Source: Bacteroidota bacterium (GTDB lineage Bacteria; Bacteroidota; Bacteroidia; JAFLBG01). Taken from it: 64,000 nt of DNA. The notes below the pieces were generated by a model that made no database searches, was not told the DNA's origin, and saw nothing but the letters and a program-made list of their open reading frames with translations. Every line of letters begins with the position of its first letter. The stretch's first letter is position 1. The position numbers were made by a program, and so were the translations under genes. Shown here in pieces: positions 48,742 to 57,035 of this stretch. The stretch lies in NCBI GenBank assembly GCA_017303975.1, contig JAFLBG010000005.1, positions 39,353 through 103,352 of the forward strand, given 5' to 3'.

Positions 48742-49428
48742 ATGCTGTCTGATTTATTTTCTTTACTATTCCCCAATAACTGTGCTTCTTGCGGCAATTC
48801 ACTTCTTAAAAACGAACATATACTCTGCTTATTGTGCAATAGCAACCTTCCATTTACCGGATTTGCAAAAGAAGCCAACAACAGTATAGAAAAAATATTT
48901 TGGGGGCGGACAGATGTGTTATACGCCATGAGCCTTTTATACTTTGACAAGGCAAGCAAAGTTCAAACCTTGATGCACAAATTAAAATATGATGGAGAGA
49001 AAGAAATAGGTTTCTATTTTGGAAAAAAAATTGCCGAAGAGATAGAAGCAGGAAAAAGATTTGAAAAAATAGATTTGGTATTGCCGGTTCCGCTTCACCC
49101 TAAAAAACTTAAAGCACGGGGCTATAACCAAAGTAAATTTATTAGCGATGGAGTTGCACATCAATACAACATAAACAGTCCCGAAAACTTATTAATCAGA
49201 ACAAATTTTACCGAAAGTCAAACAAAAAAATCGAGATGGCAGCGATGGGATAATGTTCAAGATAAATTTAGCATCACTAATGCTTCAATTCTTGAAAACA
49301 AACACGTACTTTTAGTAGATGATGTTATAACAACTGGAGCTACAATCGAAGCGTGTGTAAAAGAACTCTCCAAAGTTAACACATGCAAAATTAGCGTGGC
49401 ATCTGTTGCATTTGCAAGCTCAATATAA
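48742..49428 (+). CDS. comF: ComF/GntX-family phosphoribosyltransferase-domain protein
   Basis: N-terminal Cys4 zinc finger (CASCG...CLLC), C-terminal PRTase motif VLLVDDVITTGAT; start moved to the internal ATG (48742) just before the zinc finger. Confidence 0.7.
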   Translation: MLSDLFSLLFPNNCASCGNSLLKNEHILCLLCNSNLPFTGFAKEANNSIEKIFWGRTDVLYAMSLLYFDKASKVQTLMHKLKYDGEKEIGFYFGKKIAEEIEAGKRFEKIDLVLPVPLHPKKLKARGYNQSKFISDGVAHQYNINSPENLLIRTNFTESQTKKSRWQRWDNVQDKFSITNASILENKHVLLVDDVITTGATIEACVKELSKVNTCKISVASVAFASSI

Positions 49429-49430
49429 TT

Positions 49431-49907
49431 ATGGCAGAAACGTTATTTATTAAATCGACCGATAAAAAAGAAAAATACTCCGAGTTATTTACTCAGCTGG
49501 AAGCGCTATTACAAAACGAAAGCGACATTATTGCAAACACAGCCACAATTGCGGCTGCCATAAAACAAACCTTCGATTTTTTATGGGTGGGATTCTATTT
49601 TGTAAAGAACAACGAATTAGTACTGGGTCCGTTTCAAGGACAAATTGCTTGCACCCGCATTGCTTATGGCAGAGGCGTTTGCGGAAGTGCGTGGAAAGAG
49701 CAAAAAACAATTATTGTTCCTGATGTGGATAAATTTCCGGGGCACATAGCCTGCAGTAGTCTGTCTCGCTCAGAAATTGTTGTGCCAATTAAAAATAATA
49801 ACAGCAATACTATTACAATGGTATTAGACATAGACAGCGAAACACTAAATTCGTTTAACGAAGACGATAAATTGGGATTAGAAAAAATTATAATGCTGCT
49901 AGCTTAA
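49431..49907 (+). CDS. GAF-domain protein (free methionine-R-sulfoxide reductase-like family)
   Basis: 158 aa, WVGFY...G.GVCG motif typical of the YebR/fRMsr-type GAF; 2-nt gap after comF. Confidence 0.7.
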   Translation: MAETLFIKSTDKKEKYSELFTQLEALLQNESDIIANTATIAAAIKQTFDFLWVGFYFVKNNELVLGPFQGQIACTRIAYGRGVCGSAWKEQKTIIVPDVDKFPGHIACSSLSRSEIVVPIKNNNSNTITMVLDIDSETLNSFNEDDKLGLEKIIMLLA

Positions 49908-49966
49908 CTACTATGGATTGAAAATCCGTAGGTTTAAATACATAAATGAAAATTATTTTAAAACTT

Positions 49967-50037
49967 CAGCGCACTTATTTCGACAAGCTCAACATGACCG
50001 CGCTAGTCAGTCTGAGCCTGTCGAAGACTTGGGGTGG
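49967..50037 (+). repeat. copy B of the ~70-nt palindromic repeat element, in inverted orientation relative to copy A
   Basis: CAGCGCACTTATTTCGACAAGCTCAACATGACCGCGCTAGTCAGTCTGAGCCTGTCGAAGACTTGG; internal 11 to 13-bp inverted arms; lies about 65 nt upstream of the lipoprotein gene at 50101. Confidence 0.7.
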
Positions 50038-50100
50038 AATCATTTTAGAAACTGGGAGCTATGAACTAAAGAGCATGGCTAAAACTAACGAACAGGAACA

Positions 50101-51729
50101 ATGAAACATGTGTATAAAATAGCATTTTTCACTATCAGCTTACTACTGCTGTATTCCTGTGCGCAAATGGTAAATCCATCGGGCGGACAAACAGACACTA
50201 CTCCTCCCCTACCTGTAAAATGTGTGCCGGCAAATAAGTCAACAAACATAAAGCCTTCAAACATTTATTTAGAATTCAACGAATATATTGACTTGAAAGA
50301 TGTAAACGGGCAGCTTATTGTATCTCCAACATTAAAATACCAGCCTGACATAAAACATAAAAAGAAACAAATTTTCGTAACGCTAACGGACACGTTAAAA
50401 GAAAACACTACCTATACTTTTAATTTTGGCAGCTCTATTCGCGACATAACCGAAAACAATATCACTGAAGGCTACAGCTATGTTTTTTCTACCGGTGCTT
50501 ATCTTGACTCTTTTACTGTGAGTGGTATTGTAAAAGATGCTCGAACAAACGAACTAAAAAAAAATATAAGCATTTGCTTGTACGAAAACACTTCTGATTC
50601 GGCAGTTGTAAAACAAAAGCCTAATTATTTTACAAAAACAAAACCGGATGGCAGCTATCTACTTAATAATATTAAAGAGGGCACCTACAAACTAGCTGCT
50701 ATTAACGATGTCAACAACAATCAACTATATGATATAGACGAAGAGATAGCCTTCTACGACACTTTGCTATCTATTGCAAAAAAAGAAAATAAGGTTAATC
50801 TATCTATGTTTAAAGGTGTTCCCGATAAGCTTAAAATAAAAAAAGCAACAGCAACATCACCACAACACATTTCTATAGTATTTAACAAATATGCAGATTC
50901 ATTAACTGTTGAAGCCGCATCAGTTGGCATACTTGATACAACTTACTTAATATGGAATAGCAATCACGACTCGTTATCTATTTTTTTAGCAGACACCTCG
51001 CTAAAAGATTCATTGAAATTATTTTTCAAAAGTGTTAATTTCAAAGATACGGCAACTATACGCTTGCCAAAGAAAAGAAGTGTAAAAGACGACTCAAGAA
51101 ACACTATTTACACAACCATACAGTTTACAGATATCACAAAGCAGGATGTACTAAAAAAAATAAACATTTCTTGCACTTATCCAATAACAACCATAGATAC
51201 AAGCAAAATCATCCTAGAGGCGGGCACAAAAAACAAAATTCCAATATCACTTTCTTTCAACAAAACCTACAATCAAAAAGCATTTCAACTCAATAGTAAA
51301 GATTGGAAAGTAGATTCTATCTATACAATTACACTATTGCCCGGGGCGATTAAATCTACTAGTATCTCCAATACAGATACAATAAAAAGCACATTTGCTG
51401 TTGTGGGCAAAGACTACTACGGAATCATTTTACTTTCATTCCCAAGACCGCTAATAGCTGCAGAGAGCAGCTATATACTAGAAATAGCAACTGTTACAGG
51501 AAAAGTGATTTATAAGTCTGTTTTTACACCCACAACAAAATATACAATTGAAAATGTGCTACCCGGCAAATACACCATGCGCTTATTAAAAGACGAAAAC
51601 AAAAACAAACGTTGGGATAGCGGAAATTATTTTAAACATAAACAGCCCGAAAAAATAATCATCTTCCCAAAAGAAATTGTTGTTCGCTCTAATTGGGATT
51701 TAGAACTCGAATGGGATTTAAAAGAATAG
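50101..51729 (+). CDS. lipoprotein with probable Ig-like beta-sandwich domains, unknown function
   Basis: lipobox (LLLYSCAQ); 542 aa, beta-rich. Confidence 0.5.
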   Translation: MKHVYKIAFFTISLLLLYSCAQMVNPSGGQTDTTPPLPVKCVPANKSTNIKPSNIYLEFNEYIDLKDVNGQLIVSPTLKYQPDIKHKKKQIFVTLTDTLKENTTYTFNFGSSIRDITENNITEGYSYVFSTGAYLDSFTVSGIVKDARTNELKKNISICLYENTSDSAVVKQKPNYFTKTKPDGSYLLNNIKEGTYKLAAINDVNNNQLYDIDEEIAFYDTLLSIAKKENKVNLSMFKGVPDKLKIKKATATSPQHISIVFNKYADSLTVEAASVGILDTTYLIWNSNHDSLSIFLADTSLKDSLKLFFKSVNFKDTATIRLPKKRSVKDDSRNTIYTTIQFTDITKQDVLKKINISCTYPITTIDTSKIILEAGTKNKIPISLSFNKTYNQKAFQLNSKDWKVDSIYTITLLPGAIKSTSISNTDTIKSTFAVVGKDYYGIILLSFPRPLIAAESSYILEIATVTGKVIYKSVFTPTTKYTIENVLPGKYTMRLLKDENKNKRWDSGNYFKHKQPEKIIIFPKEIVVRSNWDLELEWDLKE

Positions 51730-51730
51730 G

Positions 51731-52480
51731 TTACTCAAATTTTCTTAATTCTAATGTATTCCCATCAAAAACTGCATACGTAAAATATTTTACCCACTCA
51801 CCTAAATTAACATACCTAGAATGCTCATTTAGCTTGATGTCTAAAGGCAAGTGCCTGTGACCAAAAATAAAATAATCAAAATTTTCTTTCTTCAATTCCT
51901 CTCGTGCAAACTGAACTAACCATTCCTTGTCTTCTCCTAAAAAAATTTCATCTTTTTCAATATTCGCTACACGGCTTTTTTTAGACCAAAACTTAGCCAT
52001 CCCAATTCCTAAGTTAGGGTGCAATCGGGCAAACAACCACTGGCAAAAAGGATTTGCAAAAACCCTTTTAATAAACTTATATCCATGATCTCCGGGACCC
52101 AATCCATCGCCATGCGCTAAAAAGAACTTTTTATTATTGTACACCTTTACAATTGATTTGCGAATTATTTGCACACCTAATTCCTTGGGCAAATAATCAA
52201 ACATCCACATATCATGATTTCCGGTAAAAACATATACTGGAATTCCGGCATCAGTTAACTCTGCTATTTTCCCTTGCAACCGCGCAAATCCTTTCGGAAT
52301 AGCACTTCTATACTCAAACCAAAAATCAAACAAATCTCCCATCAAATAAACTTCTTTGGCGTTTTGTTTTATTTCATCCAACCACTTCACAATTTTTTTT
52401 TCGCGTACCAAACTGGTTTCATAATCAGGAACTCCCAAATGAAAATCGGATGCAAAATATATATTGTTGCGCAATGTCAC
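51731..52480 (-). CDS. lpxH: UDP-2,3-diacylglucosamine diphosphatase (calcineurin-like metallophosphoesterase)
   Basis: DFHLG...GDLFDFW...GNHD...GHRH metallophosphatase motifs in the LpxH arrangement, 249 aa. Confidence 0.75.
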   Translation of the reverse strand: MTLRNNIYFASDFHLGVPDYETSLVREKKIVKWLDEIKQNAKEVYLMGDLFDFWFEYRSAIPKGFARLQGKIAELTDAGIPVYVFTGNHDMWMFDYLPKELGVQIIRKSIVKVYNNKKFFLAHGDGLGPGDHGYKFIKRVFANPFCQWLFARLHPNLGIGMAKFWSKKSRVANIEKDEIFLGEDKEWLVQFAREELKKENFDYFIFGHRHLPLDIKLNEHSRYVNLGEWVKYFTYAVFDGNTLELRKFE

Positions 52481-55458
52481 TATATTTTAATTTCTCTTAT
52501 CAACTTAAATGGATTAACGCTTTTTAAATTCAAGCTAAATCGTATTGTCTCGGGATATGTCCACCCGTTTACTGTAATCGTATTTTTAATATCAGACGAC
52601 ATGGCTAGAGGCAAGTAAATATCAAACACATTTTTATAAATGGAAAACACCAAGCCCGCATTATACAAAAACTGTTGCTTTAAAACTGCATCGCTGGCAA
52701 CATACGCAAAATCTGCGTACAGCCGAATAATTGGGAAAGGCAACGATGTTTTTAGATTTAATGCGGTAAGCCATTTTCGAGTTTGCCCTAAAGGTGTATA
52801 TACTTTAAAAGCACCATCTGCTTCTGTAAATTGCTGCGACAACAAGCCGGAAGCCTCTGTTCGTCCTAAGAAAATATCATCATACAGATAATCTTGATAA
52901 CCTCTCCATCCACTTGTTCTAAAACGATATGGCCCAGCATTTGTAGCATTGATAAATGCTCCCGCAAACAATCGCACATCAAAGCTTTTATTTTTTTTCT
53001 TAAATGTAAGCGAATAATTAGCTGTAAGGGAAATCTTGCTCATATCATCTCCCGCTTGATAATTCAACACAGCTTGATATGGATTAATTGGACGAAGATT
53101 TTTTAACTCATATGATACCTCATGGAAATTTCTATATACTGTATCTCTTCCATAAACAGGAGGTGTAAATTCGTACTTACCATAATAGGTTTCATTTATT
53201 TGGTATATAAATCTATAATTAAGATAATGTTTAAGCGTATTACGCTCTCGTTTATTCTTAAATTCTGCACGCACAAAAGGAGCTAATTTTGTATAACTCA
53301 TATCAATAGGTGTCTGGGAGTACGAATACCTTTTCCCCTCCACACCAATTTGCACATTCGTAAATGAGCGCATAGACATAATGTTGTAATGTACATTGAA
53401 AGAGCCAGCCAAATCCTTGTTACCAAAAGCGTACATAGGCATTAGAAAATACTCGAACTTGCGTTGCAATATAGTTTGATTATACAACGCAACTCCCAAC
53501 ATAGATTTATTGTAATTATTCCAACCATAAGTTGGCACAAAAAACAGTTGCGATTTGGCAGGATTATCAAGCCCTCCAAGAAACTGAATTTTTATCGGCT
53601 CTACCTTCTTCCCTATTTTTTTGTTTGCATATTTATTGTTGTTTCTATTTAGCTCCGGCACTTTTCCGGCATAGTCCAACACAAAATAATCAACATCTAA
53701 ACTCGGGAATCCCAAATTCTGAATGCCCGAAAACCCATCGTACCAGACTTCTGCAACTAACTTATTGTTTTTTATTCCACATAAATTTATCGGAGCATTT
53801 ATCTTTCCTTTGTTTTTAACCAATACATTATATCCCGACTCCTTTGAATTATACACTTTCATTATTTTGTAGTCAATTTTATTGGTAGTAGCCAATAGTT
53901 TATCAAAAAACCAACTCAAGTCTTTTCCCGATTCTTGCTCAAATATTTTTCTTATATCAGCCGGTTGCGGATGTTTAAATTTCCATTGCGTAAAATAGAT
54001 TTGCATTATCCTATCAAATTCCGACTGACCCAAGTAAGCCGCCAAATAACCAAATGTGTAGGCAGTTTTTTTATACACAATAGCACCGTAATTTAGCTCA
54101 GTATATTCTTCTGATGTTAACTCAATGGGTTGATCGTTATTAAGAGATGCAGGATATGCATAACTTAAATACTCTTCGTTTAAACTAATGTTATTAATTT
54201 TAGCAAGAGCAGGAATATTAAAGCCGGGTAAATTCAATCCACTTCCGTGGTATAGTTTCGTGTATCGGCCTTCATAATAAGAGTTGATGCCTTCGTCCAT
54301 CCACGGATGCAAACGCTCGTTAGAACCTAATATCCCGTAAAACCAATTGTGTCCAACTTCGTGCGCTATAACAAGCTCTAAAAGTTCCTTGCTATTTGTA
54401 GGGCTAATAACTGTAATGGTAGGGTACTCCATTCCACCACCCGCAGTTAGCGCTCCATCAACTGCATTGCATACATTGTAAGGATAATTACCAACCCATT
54501 TACTGTAATTGAATACGGCATTGTTTATGTATTGTATGCTATTGCTTTTCCACGCTCCTGCATTCTTACTTGTAAAATAAGCCCAAGTAGTAACGGTTTT
54601 AGTGCTATCGGGCAACGCTACCTCTCCTTTTAAAACATTGTATCTCTTGTCTGCGAACCACGCAAAATCATGAATGTTTTCTTGTTGAAAATGAAGTGTT
54701 TTTAATTCTTTGTTGGAAGCAGGGAAAACCATTTCTGCATCTGTAAATGTATTGCGAGCAGAGGTTTCGTTCGCCTTCTTATTCAACCATTCAAGTTCTT
54801 GATTGTCCATTAGATTGCCAGTGGCTGCAATTACATAATTCTTTGGAGCAGTAATATACACATCAAAGGTTCCAAACTCTGAATAAAATTCGCCCAAATC
54901 TAAGTATGGCATAGGATGCCAACCATCCTTGTCGTACACTGCCGGCTTAGGATACCACTGAGATATTTGGTATTGTTGACTTACATGACCCAAGCGTGAA
55001 AAATTACCATCTGGAATTTTAACTCGAAAAGGAGTTGTTATGGTAATAGTTTCTCCGGGCTTAATAGGTGAATTTAGCAGCAATTTGGCAACGTCAATAT
55101 TTTCTTTATCTACTTCATATTTTACAGCTATATCATTTACCTTAAAGCTCAAACTATCTATAAAACCGCGCTTATCGGCCGATGCAAAATAAAATTCTTT
55201 GTTACCATTCTCAAACAATTGCTTGCCCAGTGCGGTAGTATTATCTTTATAGCCATTGGGCCATAAATGCATATATATAAAAGCTAACTCGTCCGGAGAA
55301 TTATTTGTATAGGATATTGCTTCAAAAGCATGTAGTTCGTGCTTATTATCGTTAAGCTGAACTTTGATATCGTAATTTACAGATTGTTGAAAATAGGATT
55401 GAGAAGATCCTACAAATGGAATAGAAAAAAAAACTAGGCAATAAATTAAAAACCTCAT
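52480..55458 (-). CDS. M1-family zinc metallopeptidase, large and secreted
   Basis: HEVGHNWF...WMDEGINSYYE (HExxH plus E) motif; the start was moved from 55515 to the ATG at 55458 (MRFLIYCLVFFSIPFVGSS signal peptide) because 55459..55515 is occupied by a terminator hairpin. Confidence 0.75.
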   Translation of the reverse strand: MRFLIYCLVFFSIPFVGSSQSYFQQSVNYDIKVQLNDNKHELHAFEAISYTNNSPDELAFIYMHLWPNGYKDNTTALGKQLFENGNKEFYFASADKRGFIDSLSFKVNDIAVKYEVDKENIDVAKLLLNSPIKPGETITITTPFRVKIPDGNFSRLGHVSQQYQISQWYPKPAVYDKDGWHPMPYLDLGEFYSEFGTFDVYITAPKNYVIAATGNLMDNQELEWLNKKANETSARNTFTDAEMVFPASNKELKTLHFQQENIHDFAWFADKRYNVLKGEVALPDSTKTVTTWAYFTSKNAGAWKSNSIQYINNAVFNYSKWVGNYPYNVCNAVDGALTAGGGMEYPTITVISPTNSKELLELVIAHEVGHNWFYGILGSNERLHPWMDEGINSYYEGRYTKLYHGSGLNLPGFNIPALAKINNISLNEEYLSYAYPASLNNDQPIELTSEEYTELNYGAIVYKKTAYTFGYLAAYLGQSEFDRIMQIYFTQWKFKHPQPADIRKIFEQESGKDLSWFFDKLLATTNKIDYKIMKVYNSKESGYNVLVKNKGKINAPINLCGIKNNKLVAEVWYDGFSGIQNLGFPSLDVDYFVLDYAGKVPELNRNNNKYANKKIGKKVEPIKIQFLGGLDNPAKSQLFFVPTYGWNNYNKSMLGVALYNQTILQRKFEYFLMPMYAFGNKDLAGSFNVHYNIMSMRSFTNVQIGVEGKRYSYSQTPIDMSYTKLAPFVRAEFKNKRERNTLKHYLNYRFIYQINETYYGKYEFTPPVYGRDTVYRNFHEVSYELKNLRPINPYQAVLNYQAGDDMSKISLTANYSLTFKKKNKSFDVRLFAGAFINATNAGPYRFRTSGWRGYQDYLYDDIFLGRTEASGLLSQQFTEADGAFKVYTPLGQTRKWLTALNLKTSLPFPIIRLYADFAYVASDAVLKQQFLYNAGLVFSIYKNVFDIYLPLAMSSDIKNTITVNGWTYPETIRFSLNLKSVNPFKLIREIKI

Positions 55459-55490
55459 CGATAGCTTAAAATAATACGCCTTAATATAAT

Positions 55491-55528
55491 AAAAAAGTCC
55501 CGTTATGTGATACATAACGGGACTTTTT
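55491..55528. terminator. bidirectional rho-independent terminator
   Basis: AAAAAGTCCCGTTATGT-GAT-ACATAACGGGACTTTTT; perfect 13-bp stem flanked by an A-run and a T-run, directly after the stop of ORF 55544..56920. Confidence 0.7.
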
Positions 55529-55543
55529 AACTGAATTATAAAA

Positions 55544-56920
55544 TTACTTAACTACGTTAAATCTTTTTGTAGAAAGTGTTTTTCCGTCTTTTACTAGAGA
55601 GTAGAAATAAATACCATTCTCTAAGTTTTTAGTACTAACAGTTACATAGTTCAAACCTTTGTTTACGTTTGAGCTAGCAGCAGTTGTTACTTTTTGACCA
55701 ACTGTGTTATACACTTCTAATGCAAAGCTTCCGCCATCAATAGAATTAACAGGAATAACAACTTCTCCGCCTGCAACTGCCGGGTTAGGATAAGCTAAAC
55801 CTAAGATAGCTGATTCAGATTTTTCAATTTCGTTAGTAGATACGATATCGCAACCACTTAAACAACGTAATTTATAAGAAATTAAATGGTGCTCGAATGC
55901 ATACTCTGCTCCTGTTTGTCCAGATGAGTTAGAGCCCATATACGCAAACGAAGGCAACATAGAACCATACCACCCTGTGTTGTTAGCTGGTGTATCGTAT
56001 CTTACGTCTGTTGTCATTATGTAAGAAGCATTGAAATCTCTTTTTACGTAGATAGGGAATGTTCCATTTCCTCCACCATCACCATTCTCTTCTAAAGAAA
56101 CAAAGTTCACTCTGTTTTTAGATTGTAATGTATCTGACAAGCTGTATGAATAACCAGGAATAAATTTAATAGCAGAAACAACTAATCTTCCAGCACTAAT
56201 ATTTGATAGTCCTGTAGTTGCAACTGTTGCTAGGTGCCATCCACCAGCTGTAGTATCAGCAGCAAATGCAGAATCTAAAACTACCTTATACTGAGCCTTA
56301 CCTGCTACACCCATAGAGTAAGTAGTATGGTTATAAGCTACGTCTTTAAAAAACACCGTGTCTGCTAAAGAAGAAAGACCTGTGAAATAATAAGTTGGCA
56401 ATTGAGGTGTTGCACCGCTAGTTGTATTGTTAACAGCTACTTCTATCAATAAAGTATCAACAGAACTTATATTTCTTGTGTATACAAACTGAAACTCTAA
56501 TGAATCTAACGCATAAGAACTAGTTTTAGATACAATCATTTCCCCAGCATTATTGTACGCAGGATCGCTAAAAAACTGAGAAGTTGGATCTAATACATCT
56601 GCAATATTATGTACCCATGGAGAGCCGAATGTATTACCACTAAACTCTGCAGTAATATTAGAATCCGGGAACAAAAAATTTCCTGCCAGTGAACCAGCTC
56701 CTCCAGAAACGATATCCATTACAGCACCATAGTTATACCATCTGTCGTTTGCACCTTGAGATGAAGCATGCTTTACCGGCTGGTAAGGCTTACTAACATC
56801 CATTTTACGAGCTCCATTTGTTACAAAAGGAACTTGTTGCTTGTTTGCAGCAGATTGCGCAAATGAGAAAGAACCCATTGCCAACACTGCCACACTTAAA
56901 AAAGTAGTGATTTTTTTCAT
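55544..56920 (-). CDS. secreted protein with type-A T9SS C-terminal sorting domain
   Basis: signal peptide; C-terminus LAYPNPAVAGGEVVI...GIYFYSLVKDGKTLSTKRFNVVK. Confidence 0.7.
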   Translation of the reverse strand: MKKITTFLSVAVLAMGSFSFAQSAANKQQVPFVTNGARKMDVSKPYQPVKHASSQGANDRWYNYGAVMDIVSGGAGSLAGNFLFPDSNITAEFSGNTFGSPWVHNIADVLDPTSQFFSDPAYNNAGEMIVSKTSSYALDSLEFQFVYTRNISSVDTLLIEVAVNNTTSGATPQLPTYYFTGLSSLADTVFFKDVAYNHTTYSMGVAGKAQYKVVLDSAFAADTTAGGWHLATVATTGLSNISAGRLVVSAIKFIPGYSYSLSDTLQSKNRVNFVSLEENGDGGGNGTFPIYVKRDFNASYIMTTDVRYDTPANNTGWYGSMLPSFAYMGSNSSGQTGAEYAFEHHLISYKLRCLSGCDIVSTNEIEKSESAILGLAYPNPAVAGGEVVIPVNSIDGGSFALEVYNTVGQKVTTAASSNVNKGLNYVTVSTKNLENGIYFYSLVKDGKTLSTKRFNVVK

Positions 56921-56993
56921 GTTTATTAATTTAATTTTAAGTAATTATTATTTAATTGGGGGGAGCAAATATAGGAAATACAATTGAAAAATA

Positions 56994-57030
56994 AAATAGG
57001 GGGAGTTATAAATATACCCCCCTATTTTTA
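56994..57030. terminator. rho-independent terminator after gcvP
   Basis: AAATAGGGGG-AGTTATAAATATA-CCCCCCTATTT followed by a T-run, 6 nt after the gcvP stop. Confidence 0.7.
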
Positions 57031-57035
57031 AAAAG

